A stretch of 64,000 nt of DNA from positions 18,602,001 through 18,666,000 of the forward strand of contig CM052817.1 of NCBI GenBank assembly GCA_028534125.1, given 5' to 3'. The translations under genes were made by a program, and so were the position numbers. Source of the DNA: Lama glama. Its lineage: Eukaryota. A model generated the notes under the pieces. That model saw only the letters and a program-made list of their open reading frames with translations. It was not told the DNA's origin and did not search any database. Each line of letters starts with the position of its first letter. Position 1 is the stretch's first letter. Positions 1 to 13,069 of this stretch are shown in pieces.

Positions 1-164
1 AGTCTATTTTTTTCTGACAATCTTCCCAGTATTTGTGTAAGATAGTATCACAGAGTGAGTCTACACGGGATAGAAAAATCCTTCCAAAGGTGATATTCCA
101 AATAAGCCACATCCATAAGCCACAAGCATCAGAGATACTTTATGTTTATGTTGTTTGTAAAAAG

Positions 165-330
165 GCAGGACTAAATATTCTGAATTTGAGTACTGGTGTC
201 ATTGGTTTTATCTTTACAAATTTTGGTAAATTATTTGACTTTTTTGAGCCTCAATTTCCACATTTGAAAGATAATGCTAATAATATGTACCTTGAAGTCT
301 TATTGTAAAGATTATAACAGTGCAGCCTAT
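165..330 (+). mobile_element. MIR SINE remnant
   Basis: MIR core-like 'ttatttgactttttgagcctcaatttccacatttgaaagataatg...ttattgtaaagatta'. Confidence 0.7.
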
Positions 331-809
331 TTAAAAAATACTTGGTGAATCAGTGAATTCTTGAAAAGTGTATAAAACTTTTGGCACACTGACTATTTTC
401 AATAACTACTATTTCCTGCAAAGAAGAACTTATAAACATTTAGAAAAATATTGACTTGTTGCACTAATAGAAATTGTATTTTGTGGAAAAACAAGTCTTA
501 CAATAATTTCATTTAGTTTTCTGTGCCTAAAGAGATCTTACCATTGGAATTGTGTACTTATAGAGAGGCAAGCTTTAGTGACAAACAATGCAACTTTGAG
601 GAATCCAATAGCTTCCTTGGTTTATTTTGTCATTTTCTCTGACTGCTTAAGTGCTATCAAAAGACCTTCCTTCCACAGCTTATTTCATAAAAGGAGTATT
701 GAGTATCAGAGAGAGACTATGTAAGGACATAAATAAGCCACCCACAAATGCAGTCCTTCAAACTTTGTTTTCTATACTGCTTTATATGCTCCAAATAATA
801 CAATGTTTT

Positions 810-991
810 AAAATTTTACTTTTTATTTTTTATTGACATATAGTTGATAAACAATATTGTGTTAGTTTCTAGTGTGCAGCATAGTGATTCAGTTATGTAT
901 ATATATTCTTTTTCATATTCTTTTCCATTATAGATTATTACAAGATATTGAGTATAGTTCCCTGCACTATGCAGTAGGACCTTGTTGTTTC
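810..991 (-). mobile_element. Young 5'-truncated L1 3' end (cetartiodactyl-like 3'UTR)
   Basis: T-rich tail then 'tagttgataaacaatattgtgttagtttctagtgtgcagcatagtgattc...gtaggaccttgttg'; same family as 57398-58033; degenerate TSD tacaatgtttt (799-809) / tatagtgtttt (992-1002). Confidence 0.85.
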
Positions 992-2413
992 TATAGTGTT
1001 TTTCGAATTTTTTTTTTTCTTTTCCTCTTAGAGGTTAAGTGCTCTATGTTCAAGGAATGACATTCTGGGTCTCATGCCACACACCTCTGTGTATAATATA
1101 ATTCTCACTTTAATTTCTTGTTCTCCATTTCCTTACATTTGCAGGTAGCTGTGCTTCCAAGACTCCATTCAGGTTGTTCAACAGAAAGACTCCTTGAGGA
1201 ATCAAATATTTCATGCCAATTTCTACTGAAGCTACAGTTTAAATGAAATACCAAAATATAAGCTATAGCCTCATTCAGGGATTCACTTGTTCCCAGAGTC
1301 TTTAAATTGGCCATTATCAAGGTCACTAAGGCTGAATGAACTTTATCTTGTTGCATCTGAACCTCCCATGTATCACAGTAACCTTGAAGTATCACTGAGG
1401 AAAATGAGTGTCTCTAAATCCAGCATTTGATCAGATTTATTCCTAAATGTAATAATACATCTTTTTCACACTTATTTTATTTCTACTTGTATCTAAAATC
1501 ATTTTTGAAAAAACTACAAGTCTTTGTTATCTTGCTCTCTCGAATTTCTAGCATTGCTCCCTAAGGGATTTCATTAATTGCTTTACAATTCAAGTTCAGG
1601 TAATGAAATTGTGTATATAGCTTTATTAATCCAAGTTTTGCTTTTGTCTTGTTTGCTTTCATGGGATAACCTCAAACCTTGATTAGTGATTTAAAAATCA
1701 ATATCTTATAAAGGGAAAATTGCTTTTATATCTTACTTTACAGTGTTTTGCTATACACAGCCATTATTGGTTTAAATGAAGAAAGGTTAACTGTTCAAAT
1801 CAAAAGTAAACCTTATATGTGGCTTATATACAGCAGACTCAGCAGTCATGGTCTACTGTGTGGCAAAGAAAAGCACATTAATAAAGTAGTTTATCACCTA
1901 CTTATTCTCCCAAATTCTTTTAAAATTAGGCTTAATTCTGTTAATTGGAAGCTTATTGTGACAACTATTTGTTTTTGCACATTTTTGTCAGCTTATTTTT
2001 TAAATAACATCATTTTAAAAGGTTGGTGTTCAGAAATTTTAACATTTCCAATTGGAGGTTACTTATTCCATGATTAAAACAGTGGCCTGCCATCCACGTA
2101 TACTGATTATGTGTGCTTACTTTCTTTACACCTTTAGTCTTCAAATAGGAACTGAAGTCAGGGAACTAAACTGCTCCTTTTCCTTCCTAGCACTTCTTAC
2201 CTGAGTGATGTGGATTTGTTTGTTTTCTTGTTTTCTATGCAAACTGTGTCTCTAGGCCTAGCGTTTGAGTGGAGTGTAGTTGGAAAGTTTAGGGTCATTG
2301 TATGGGATTTTGTTCAAGGTAAAAAGGCCCTTATACTCTTTGGGAAGAAAGTGGAGTCCATTCACAGTTAGGGTTCCTATGTACATCATATGTTCACTGA
2401 TTGAGAAGATGCT

Positions 2414-2872
2414 GTATATATACATACAATGGAATACCACTCAGCCATAAAAAAGAACAAAATGTTGCCATTTGCAGCAACATAAACGGACTAAAAGGGT
2501 ATTATGCTAAGTGAAATAAGACAGAGAAACATAAATACTATAATATCACTTATATGTGGAATCTAAAGAATACAACAAACTATTGAACATAAAAAAAAAA
2601 AAAAAAGAAGAAGCAGGCTCACAGATATAGAGAACAAACTAGTGGTTACCAGCGGGGAGAAGGAAGGGAGGAGGTGGACACGGGTAGGGGATTGAGAAGT
2701 ACAAACTATTAGGTATAAAATAAGCTACAAGGATATATTGCACAACATAGGAAATATAGCCAACATTTTATAATAACTATACACGGAGTATAACCTTTAA
2801 AAATTGTGAATCACTGTGTTGTACACCTGTAACATAATACTGTACAGTAACTAGACTTCAATTTGAAAAAAA
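2414..2872 (+). mobile_element. 5'-truncated L1 3' end with A-tail
   Basis: 'caatggaataccactcagccataaaaaagaac...ttgccatttgcagcaac...cagatatagagaacaaactagtggttacc...' ending in an A-run; TSD agaagatgct (2404-2413) / agaaggtgct (2873-2882). Confidence 0.9.
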
Positions 2873-4389
2873 AGAAGGTGCTCGACCTGAGGAGGAGCCC
2901 ACTCATTCTTAAGAATACCAACAATTTGGAGAGTAGGATGGTGTCAAAACATGTAATTCCAAAATTTCTGGAAAAGCAGGCAGAATACAATACAGTGAGG
3001 TTACATTAATGAAAGCAACATCGAGAATGTAAAAATTAGGCAAGGAAAGAAAATAATTTCTGTAATTTAAAAAGCAACCAAGGAAACATACTCTTTTCCA
3101 TAAACTGAACAATTCTGAAGCTCTAAGGTGCATGTAATATTTCCAGAATGAAGGCACCAAGGAGTTGCTGATTGTTCTTTCCGTGAAATAATTTATAATT
3201 ATTCTGCTAAATGGTATAATTACATAATTACACATACGCAGTGTTACTTAGTTATTTTTTACTTACTGTGGGGTGCAGTTTCATGCACTATGGAAAAGAG
3301 CTTCAAACTTTAGAGTCATATGTAGGCTTAAAACTCAACCTTATTAATTTGAGCCTCGGAGGAATGAACTTTCTTCATTGTGTTATTCAGAAGACTTCAA
3401 AGAGACAAATCCACCTTAGGAATCTGGTGGCGGAATCAGAGCTTGACGGATATTAATTGTCCCTTTTATCCTTTCTCATCTCTATTAGAAAAAAAAATCC
3501 ATTTAATTTATTGTCACAGGACGAATGCTGATGGAGAAGAGCGGAGGTATACCTGGAGCAGTTTGCTCCAGCCAGAACCCGATCCATGGAACGGGACTTA
3601 AGCAGAAACTGGCTGCTCTGAAAATCGAGGAAATCATGGTCATTCAAGAAATATTAATGTTTAGGGAAGTAATAATTTGAAAAATAATATGGGATTTAGA
3701 TACACTAAAACCAATCACTTAGAACAGCTGAGGGAGAGGGAACAAAATGAGTGTAAATGCAGTCAGGAGGTAAAAACAGATCCATGTGATTTTTAATATT
3801 TAAAGATCTTTTTTGCTCTCTGTTTACTACCTAATAGGATGTAATTTATTTATGTCTGAAAAGTGAATGTGTTTTAAGGCTTTGGGAGTCTACTGTTTGG
3901 TTGTTTGTTTTAAAATAAGGCTCATGTGTTGGTTATCCTGGCTTTCTGGAAATTTTATGAGTTTTCTAGGCTCCTCTAATAAGAAGCACACTGCACAGAC
4001 TAAAGATAAGGGCATGGTACAAAATGAGAATTTTAAAAATAAGATCAAGAAGTAGAAAGTAATTTCCTAATGCTAATGGTGATAGTGTTATAGTTTCCAG
4101 TAATAATAATTCTGCTATTGAATATTTTGACTACCACACTTTACAGGAGAAATGGGATTAGAGATAATGAAACAGGAGTAAATAGGTGTATGCAAAATGT
4201 GTGAATGTTAGACTCACAGGATGTGGCAGAAATAGAAACAGCTAAGAGGCATTTGTAACATAGTGGAAAGAAAAATGAACGTGGAATTCCTAGACCATTG
4301 TTTAAATCATAACTCTGCTACTTACTCACACAACCTCTCAGAGATATTCCAACCATAAAAAATAGATAAAAATGCATACTTCATCATAT

Positions 4390-4990
4390 GGTTTCCAACC
4401 ATGACAGAATAGCTGGTATCAGACTTGCATTCCTATTGTAAACAACAATAAAGCTGAACAAAATAGAACTGTTTGCATGTATTGAACAACATGGGGCACA
4501 ATATTATGATCCCTGAGAGAAGAAAGACACATGAATTCCACCCCATGCTCTTTCTAGGTTCACTTTCTGGATGTCAGCACAGGATGGTGATGCTTAAGCA
4601 AAAGAAAACAGTCTAGTTGAATTGAGAAGGTAGAGTTCTGAGTTTGGGGTGGCTTCAGGCAATGGAATTTTCAGTACATTGGTCCTAGAGAGGAGGGAGC
4701 AGCAAAGACAGAGATCTGAGAAGCTGGAGTGGGGATTCCTCACATAATCTCTGGCTGTAGTTGGACTATAGATGGATAGGACAGAATTGCATGAGGCCCA
4801 GTGGAGGGGTGCTGCTGCAGGACTCAGAGCTGAACGGAAATGTCAGAGGTCTTAGAAGGCTTCAAGATGATGGAATTCTGGCCCAGCAAAAGCACAAGAA
4901 ATTGCTGAGGACTTCCAGCATTTATTGAGCTCCCAAATGCCCACTCCTTAGAAATAAGGATGACATCCTAGAGTAAAGGTCCTGGATGAA
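4390..4990 (+). mobile_element. Old L1M 5' region remnant
   Basis: Resembles old L1M 5' ends ('gaatagctggtatcagacttg...aaacaacaataaagctgaacaaaata...gatccctgagagaag'); lies upstream of ORF1 remnants. Confidence 0.55.
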
Positions 4991-4994
4991 GGAC

Positions 4995-5450
4995 AAAACC
5001 TGTACAGAAATGTTTACAGTGACTGTATTCATAAATGTTTAAATCTGAAAACAACTCAAATATTCATCAGTGATTGAATGGACAGACAAACTGTGGTATA
5101 TCCATAGGTGGAATACTACTCAGTGATAAAAATGGACAAATTCTTGTTACATGCTACAATCTCAAAGGGATAATGCCAAGTAAAAGAAATGAGTCTCAAC
5201 AAGACATACTATATGGTCCACTCATATGACAATCTCAATAAGAGAAAACTATGTGGATGGGGAATATATCAGTGGTTGCTGGGATTTGAGTGGGAAGGGT
5301 GTGGAGACAAAGGAACATCACAAGGGAGTGTTTGTGAGTGATGGAACTGTTATGTATTCTGACTGTCATAGTAGATGCGTGGATCTTTATATATGTTAAA
5401 GTTCATAGGAATGTATATCAAAAGAATTACTTTACTATATGGCGACAAAA
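4995..5450 (+). mobile_element. Old L1 (L1MC/MD-like) 3' end
   Basis: 'gaatggacagacaaactgtggtatatccataggtggaatactactcag...atcagtggttgctggg...gatggaactgttatgtattctgactg'. Confidence 0.8.
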
Positions 5451-5499
5451 GAGATAAAATTAAACAAAATGTGTATATACATATTTTTCAAGTAGTTAA

Positions 5500-5935
5500 A
5501 GGGAAAATATACATAATGAAAGAGTGAATGGGGATTCTTAGTGGAGAAATGGAAATTTTAAAATTTGAAAAAAACAAAATTAACATTACTAGTATAATAT
5601 CAGAAATAAAAATAGTTAATGGACTTTATAGCAGATTTAATACTGTAAAAGAAGCAGTTGGTGTACTTGAAGTCAGATTAATAGATGTTATTAAATTGAA
5701 TAAAATGGAGAAAAATTGTAAAAATATTCTGAGTTTCAGTGTTTTGTGGAGCAATACATACAATTATATATATATAAATACATATTGTATACAAGTATAT
5801 ATATGAGTCCCAGAAAAAGAAGATTAAGATGATCAAAAATGCTGAAAGAAATAATGGTCAGAAACTTTCTAAATTTGGAATACTAAGAAAACCAACATGG
5901 CAGAACAGTTGAAAAATCAATGATAAAGAGAATAT
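5500..5935 (+). pseudogene. Decayed L1 ORF1 coiled-coil region
   Basis: ORF 5528-5806 'ISEIKIVNGLYSRFNTVKEAVGVLEVRLIDVIK' resembles the L1 ORF1p heptad region (EMKNSLDGLNSRLDTAEERISELEDR-like). Confidence 0.7.
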
Positions 5936-5939
5936 CGTG

Positions 5940-6400
5940 CTAATGTCCGGGAATAATTTCCTCAGGGAAGGAGACTTCATTCAGATGAGCACCCCTGAAT
6001 GTCTGCCACTGTGTCTGTGTCCCCATGTTGGGCCACAGACCCCCCACGCCTCCCCAGAAGACCCACCAAACTAGCAGAAAATTCCTGGAAACTATGCTCC
6101 ACTGAAACAAAGAAATAAAGAAACTGAAGAAATGGGGTCCAGGAAACAGGAGTTCCTTCTCATGAATGAAGCAAAGGGAACCCTTGGGAGGAAGACCAGA
6201 CAAGAATGGGGCAGCAAGCCTGGAACACAGCCAACCCACACGGCAGGAAGGGGACAGAGGACTCCAGAAAGGGTCTTGGGGAGAAATAATTAATGAGAAG
6301 GATTAGCTGACAGGATATAAAAGTGTCTTTCAGAGTTGTCGAAGGAGATGTAAAGACTTAATCAAAAAATTAATAAACTATACACATTATTAACTCCAAA
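5940..6400 (+). mobile_element. HAL1 (half-L1) fragment
   Basis: 'ggggtccaggaaacaggagttcc...gcaaagggaaccc...gcagcaagcctggaacacagccaaccc' resembles the recalled HAL1 consensus. Confidence 0.6.
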
Positions 6401-7740
6401 AAATGGAGAATATCTCGAAAATAGCCTCAGCTAAGGGAAAAATGAAAGGATTACAAATTATATCACATTAGTACCAGTGGAGATTGGAAGTCAATAGGAT
6501 TGCATATTTAAAGTGCCAAAAAAAAGTGTTCCAAATTTCAAGTGAAATAAATGTATTTTCACATAAACAAAAGTTGAGAAAGTTTCTGCAAGCAGACCTA
6601 AATATAAGAATTGATAAAGGAAGCTTTCACATTAAAAAAAAAGTAGATACCAGATGGAAACTTGATTTAGCAGGAAGAAATAAAGGACACTAGAAAGAGT
6701 AAACATGTGCTTTAGTAAAAAACAAGCTTCTAGAGGAAAACATAAAAGAATGTCTCCATGATCTTGGGGAAGCAAATATTTCTTCAAGAGACATCCAAGA
6801 GTGTAAATTTTATAAAAATTTGACATTGGACTTCATAACTGTAAAACTAATGTTCTTTGAAAGAAAGCACAGAAATGGGGGCAAGATTGAAGGAAGTATT
6901 TGAAATTCATGTAGTTTATAAAGCAGTTATATTCTGAATATGTAAAGAACTCTACAAATCAGTAATAAAAAGACAACCATGTAAAAAGAGGCAAAAGACT
7001 TTACAGACACTACACATGAGAATATATATATGAATGGCCAATATACACATGAAAGTGTGCTGAACATCATCAGCCCTTGGAGAAACACAAATTAAGAGCA
7101 CCATAAAATAACAAATCAAACACATTAGACTACCAACAGTTAAAAGTATGCAGAGAACCAGATGAGGTAATGCAGCAACGGAGGCTCCCATAAGTTGCCG
7201 GTGGGTGTATAAAATTGTACAACCATTTTGAAAAACAGTTTGGCCGTTTCTTATATAACCATACCCACTGCTAAGTATGTGCTTACAAGAAGCAAAAACA
7301 AACAAGACTTGTGCAGGAATATCTTTAGCAGTTTTGTTTATAATAGACTCAAATCCAAAACAACAAACTGCTCTGTATTCACACATGGAATTCTATATAG
7401 TAAACTTTTTAAGGATTTAATTACTGATACACTCAAGAATGTGGATGAATCTCAAAAACAACATGTTGAGTGAAAGAAGCCAGATGCAAGAAGCACATAT
7501 TGTCTGATTCCATTTATATGAATTTTATTCAAGACTAGACAAAACTATGTTGTAGAAATCAGAACAGCAGTGACCTTTGAGGAGTGGAATAACTAAGGGG
7601 ACACTGTGGAATTTTCTAGGATATTGAAAATTTTCTGTATAGAGCATTGATTATACCTGAGGAAATACCAAAACTCATCCAATTGTACACTTATGATCCA
7701 AACATTTCATTCCATGTAAATTGTATCTCAATAAAAAGTA
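6400..7740 (+). mobile_element. Old L1M: ORF1 C-terminus, ORF2 3' remnant and 3'UTR
   Basis: 'gaaataaatgtattttcacataaacaaaagttgagaaag' (ORF1 end); 'atggccaatatacacatgaaagtgtgctgaacatcatcag' (ORF2 end); ends 'attgtatctcaataaaag'. Confidence 0.8.
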
Positions 7741-8189
7741 CACTCCTCACAAAGATTTAGAATTGACACTCAGAGAGAGAAGCATATGACACTTAGTAGA
7801 AACTTTAATGTTTTTCTTTCATATTGTATCTTAATTCAAAAGCTATTTACACTATAGCCACTCGTAACATAGAGGGTTGAAAAGTATCTAATTTCATCTC
7901 TATCATTAACATCACATGACAAAAGGAATGCTTCTAATATAGCCAAATTAGTTTAACAATAATATATTTTATGATCACTGTGACATTTAAAAAATAATTG
8001 TCAATGAGATACATCCTAGATAACCAACCTTAGAAACATCTCTGAATAAATCATGGCATGGAAAACATATATACAGATAATTTTGCCAAATTGTAATATA
8101 AAATTAACTGAGAAGTAAAAATGCAGAATTCTGTACCCATCGTATGATACAAGCAGTATGAATCTTTGTGTAATTTATGTCAGTATATG

Positions 8190-8340
8190 TGTATAATTAC
8201 AGTTTGGGGAAATGGAGAAATTATATCATTACCTGTGATGGGTGGGGTTACAGATAAATTTAATTTTACTTTCTATACTTTTTGGTATTTTCCTAATATT
8301 TCATAAGAAGCATACACTCAATATTTTATTATAAGAAAAA
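8190..8340 (+). mobile_element. Old L1ME/MC 3' terminal fragment
   Basis: 'gggtggggttacagataaatttaattttactttctatactttttggtattttcc'. Confidence 0.55.
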
Positions 8341-8369
8341 TGTACAGTATTGAACTATTTTTCAAATTT

Positions 8370-8535
8370 TCTAGCAGTGCCCAATTGTAAAGTTTCCTCA
8401 TATGCACAAACGTATTTAATTTTCACAACTGTTTGTTGTAGGTAGGATAAGTGCAGATATTCCCAGTTAACAAATAAGAAATTTGATAAATGTATCTCAA
8501 AAAGGTGTGCAGAATAAACCAAGTTCAAATTATCT
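8370..8535 (-). mobile_element. MIR remnant
   Basis: 'atttaattttcacaac...taggtagg...attcccagttaacaaataagaaatttga' matches an antisense MIR core. Confidence 0.55.
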
Positions 8536-9339
8536 ACATGAGTAGAACACATGTCTTGCAATTTCTGAGGTTAGTTTAGCTTAGTTAGTTTTTATTATAT
8601 CTTGTTGCTTATACTCACCAATAAGGCAGATGCTCTTACAAAGCATGCTGGTATTGAAGCCTTCCTAAGAGAGTTTAATAATGGCTTAGTTGAATATTGC
8701 AGTGGCAAAAAAAGAGAAGGCAATAGTTTAATAACAGAAAAAGGGGCTGACTTGTAAAGGTACTGGTGAATTTCCCATGTGTGGGAGACAGCTACAGGGG
8801 TAACTGCTGAAATTTTAGAGACCTCCCCCCAGGAGTTCTAGGGTGGAAAAAAAAAGCTGTCAACTGATTTTATTTTTTACTTCTTAGCTACACCTTCTGC
8901 TTTGTTTCTAGCAGGGTTTTGCAGCGTCTGAGATTAATGACATATGGTCATTTTTCCAAAAATTTTATTTCATATTTTTCCAAGCATGCTTGTTGCCAGG
9001 TGTTTTTGAGAAGCCATGGGAAATACTAAGCTGCAATTAGTTGCCATCTTAAATTCAATTTTGCCAGAACATAGTGTTCACTAATAGAACTCAGAAGAAC
9101 AATTTTATCTTTGCTCAATGTATCTTTCTGACAAAAGAACCCTTATTGTCCCAGAATTCAAATCTCTTAAGACAGTAGTCTTCTAAAGTGAGCTTTCCTC
9201 CAAACTTTTTGTCTTGGTATTACAGCTCTTATTAAAACCAGTATGCGTTGCTTTATTCTTGGTATCTGGAATAGAGTTAATGACAGTGAATGCATACATT
9301 GTGTTATTTGATTTTATTTGAGTTGAACTTCTGTTTCTA

Positions 9340-11790
9340 GGTACTTGAGAGAACTACCAAATATATAAAGAGTATCTAAATATGAAAAAGGAAAATTCCA
9401 ACAAAGTGAATAGAACAAATGGAAAAAGTAATCAGAGGTTTAACAAAAAAAGAAATATAAATGACTCTTAACTGTATATAAAATCCTCATCCTGAGTCTT
9501 AAAAAGAAAAATGCAAATTAATCTTTATTGAGACAGCATTTGCCAATTATTCTATCATCAAAAATTCAAAAGTTGACAAAATACTCTGTTGGCAAGGCTG
9601 TGGGGAAACAATAAGTCATGTATTCCAAGTGGGAATGCAAAAATGATTCAACTCCTATGGAGAGGAATTCGGCAATGCCTGGTTAAATTATTTCTCACTT
9701 GTCTCAGGAATTCTACTTCGAGAAGACTATCTTGAAGAAACGTGAAAAAATACCAGATGACTTGCACAAAGTTACACATGATATCACTTTAATAGCAAAA
9801 AAACTAGAAGTAATCCAAATATATATTAAAAGAGAATTATTGTTTCAGCCCAAAACGGGGTATTAGGTAGTTGCAAAAGGGAAGAGTTAGAGCTCTATTC
9901 ACTGATATGGGTTGAGTTAGATTGCTACACTTCCACACGGCACAACCTCCAGCATACATCATCAAGTGACAGTAGGAAACTGCAAAAAGCATACATGGTG
10001 TGCTCCCCTTTGTGAAAGCAGGTGAGTGTATGTTTACATTTGAAGAACGAAAAAGATTCGAGTTACTGCAATTGATTAAGACACATCACTAAATATATAA
10101 AATCCATGAGCTCATTATGATTGAAAAAGAGGAGGGAAGATAAAAATTAAACTCACCAGTCATAATTCGATGTTGATAAGGCACCAACTCGTTAATCTGA
10201 AATTTGATAATTAAAGAGAAAGAATTAAGCATTTATTTTGCCTTTTACGGTAATACACATACCCATAGTGTGGAGAGACAGAGACAAAGAGAGAGAAACC
10301 TTTGATACAGAAGAAATTTCAACTAAGAGATACAGAAGGAATTAGCAAAACCGGTTTTGCAACCTCAAATGAAACATCTTATTTAAGAAATGGTTATTAG
10401 CAGATGATAAAAAAAGATTAGGTGAACATTTAAAGGGGAACTTCACAGTGGAGGAATCAGACTGTGCCTGCCTGAACCCTGTTACCCAGTTTTAGGGTTA
10501 CTACAAGCTGAACAAATGACCTAATTTGCCTCTCGATGTGATGAAATATGTATACAGCAGCACCCATCAATTTTCTTGCATAAATAAATTGGAACCTTAA
10601 CTTATCAAACCTTTACATCTCTCAGTCTACAGGAAACAGAGGAGATAGAATATGTTCAATGCCATCATGCTAAAGCAATCAATCAAATCTAGAAAGTGAC
10701 ACAATTTACAGAATATTAATTTAGTTCCTTTAACAGGACAATTGCATAGAAAAGGAAAGGCTGTTCTAGATTAAGTAGATTTAAAAGAGATTAAAGTGGC
10801 AACACAACAAATTACAATGCCTGTTCCTTGTTTAGATCCTTAGTTAAAGAGAACTTCAGTAAAAAATAATTTTTAGACAATTGGGAAAATTTGCATATAA
10901 ATCTGTGCATTGAATGATATTAGGAAATCATTTTAAATTATTTCATGTATTGATAATGGCTTCAAATATGTGAAAGAAAATTTGTTTTGTTTTGTTTTGT
11001 TTTAAGGCACATAATGAAATATTGTGTGAATTTGGTTACCTTGCATCTGAAAAATACCTTAAAATATGACAGAAAAAAATCCACCCTCCTTAACCCCCCC
11101 CCAAAATTCAACCTGGGGATGATGAATAAAGAATATGGCAAGGCTGTTAGATAGTTAGATAGGTGGGGGCACCAGGCAGATAGGCGGAGGAGAGAGAAGA
11201 TGAGCTGGAAGATGGCGTTATGCCTGCCTCCAGCATAAATGAGCTTTACTTCTAAATGAGTGGCAGCAAAAAGCTGGTTAGAATCCAACAGCCACAACTG
11301 ACTGTGTGGTAGCAGAAAAGGACTTAACCGGGCAGGACCCAGTGTTCATTGTATTATAATTAACATTGCAGTTTAGCCCCTCTCCATGGGTTTTTCTGTG
11401 TACACCATGGGTAAGGACATGCGCAAAGGGGCCATAGGTGACTAGGCACTCCAGGGACAAGAGTTGTCAATCAATCAAGAGACCGCCTCTAAGCAGGAGT
11501 ATAAGAGGGGAGACAGAAACCACTGCTTTTTCTTCCTTGGATCAGCCTGCCTCCTCTTCTTGAAGGTGTACTTTTCCTTTTTTAAATAAATCTTTTAAAA
11601 TCTTTTGCTACACAATGCACCATCTCCCAACTGTAAACTTATCTTTTGGGTATGATAAGAACTGGGGTCTTTACCATTTTGGGTAACAAAATATCAGTGG
11701 TTATGATGCTAAGTGACAAGTTCATGTATGTTTCTTTTAGACGCTGGACTTTGTGAAGGTTTGGGAAAGTTCAAAATAAAAGTTTTAAAA
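9340..11790 (+). mobile_element. Old L1 (L1MC/ME-like) ORF2 end and long 3'UTR, interrupted by an LTR at 11145-11688
   Basis: 'ctctgttggcaaggctgtggggaaac', 'gaacttcacagtggaggaatcagactg', 'ttttagacaattgggaaaatttg'; resumes after the LTR and ends 'caaaataaaagttttaaaaa'. Confidence 0.75.
11145..11688 (+). mobile_element. ERV1-like solo LTR
   Basis: TGTTAG...TAACA termini; TATA-like 'gtataagagg'; AATAAA near 11585; internal homology to the LTR at 45209-45823. Confidence 0.85.
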
Positions 11791-12714
11791 ATAAGAGTTA
11801 AAATAACAGAATGTCATTTGGCTACTAGGTCTACTCAATGGCAAAAAAAAGGTCATTAAAATTATGGACATTTCACTTAACAAAATTCTTTAAATTCCAT
11901 GCCGTTTAAATCAATCTTTATTCAATATCTTTGTAATAAACATCAAAAGAAATTTTAAGCAGTGTTGCTTTTCAACTGAGGCTACAATCCATCAACAGGT
12001 TTAGAATCCAATTTAATGGGTTTGACCAGCATTCTTGAAAATAAAATAGAAAAGAAGCAAAACATAAACAAAGCAGCCAACAACACTTCTTCCCCCACAA
12101 ATGAATGATTAAAATGAAAAGAAAAAGAACAGAAGGAGAAAGAAAATATTCGAGTACACTGTAGAAGATAATGAAAACTCATTACATGGGAAACTATATT
12201 TGTAGTAAGCTGTGATATCTAAGGTACATTTTATAGTTAAAAACAGCAAAGGCCATCACACTAAATATGCTTCAAAATGACTCCCGAGGCCCACTGCAGC
12301 ACTGCACAGCCAGTGAAGCCTGCCCACCTGTCATCTTTCTTACCTTAGTTCTGTCACAGGGCCCAGAGGACGCGTGTGTTTCTTAGAAACCAGTGGATCC
12401 ATATCCACGACCCTGTGCTGTGTCTCTGCCCCAGGCTCAAAGCTCATTTCCCTGATCAACCCCTCTCCTCACAGCCCACTGATGTTTCTTATTGCACTAA
12501 ACCGCCTTTAGTACTTTTTATCTTTTTTTAAAGTGTGAAACATAACACATTTACACATTTAATGAATCATAGATGAAATATAACACATGATATAATAAAT
12601 AATTACAAAGCAAAGCATATGGAACCACCCCAGGAAATCTATTCTCATACAACCCTTACTTGTTGCCATCTGACTTCTGCACTTCCTCTGTTTATTGTCA
12701 TTCTCTTTCCTCAA

Positions 12715-12840
12715 TCCTCACTGTGAACTCTATGACAGCAACAGTTTCACTGTTTCAGGCATTGCTCTGTGCCCAATACAGAGAATGGAATTAGGTGGAT
12801 ACTCAACAATTTTTTGTGTGTAATGAATTAATAAATATAT
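12715..12840 (+). mobile_element. L2 3' end
   Basis: 'ctgtgaactctatgacagca...taggtggatactcaacaatttttgtgtgtaatgaattaat'. Confidence 0.55.
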
Positions 12841-12939
12841 GATATTATTTTTCAAACATAGGCCACTTTGTTAGGAATTAAAATGACACAGATATGTCAG
12901 AGTAGCTTTTATCTAATGTTGTACTTTCCATTGTGGAGG

Positions 12940-13010
12940 GTCTGTTAACCAGGACTCAACCAAAGAAGCAGAATCAAGAGGTTACATAGGTAGGTAGGTA
13001 GGTAGGTAGG

Positions 13011-13069
<59 letters not shown>

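Noticed and set aside
1105..1395. 96-aa minus ORF with an acceptor-like upstream sequence
   Set aside because: No recognisable protein similarity and no in-phase partner exons found
6952..7473. Overlapping 144-aa and 81-aa ORFs
   Set aside because: Antisense and sense frames of decayed L1 ORF2
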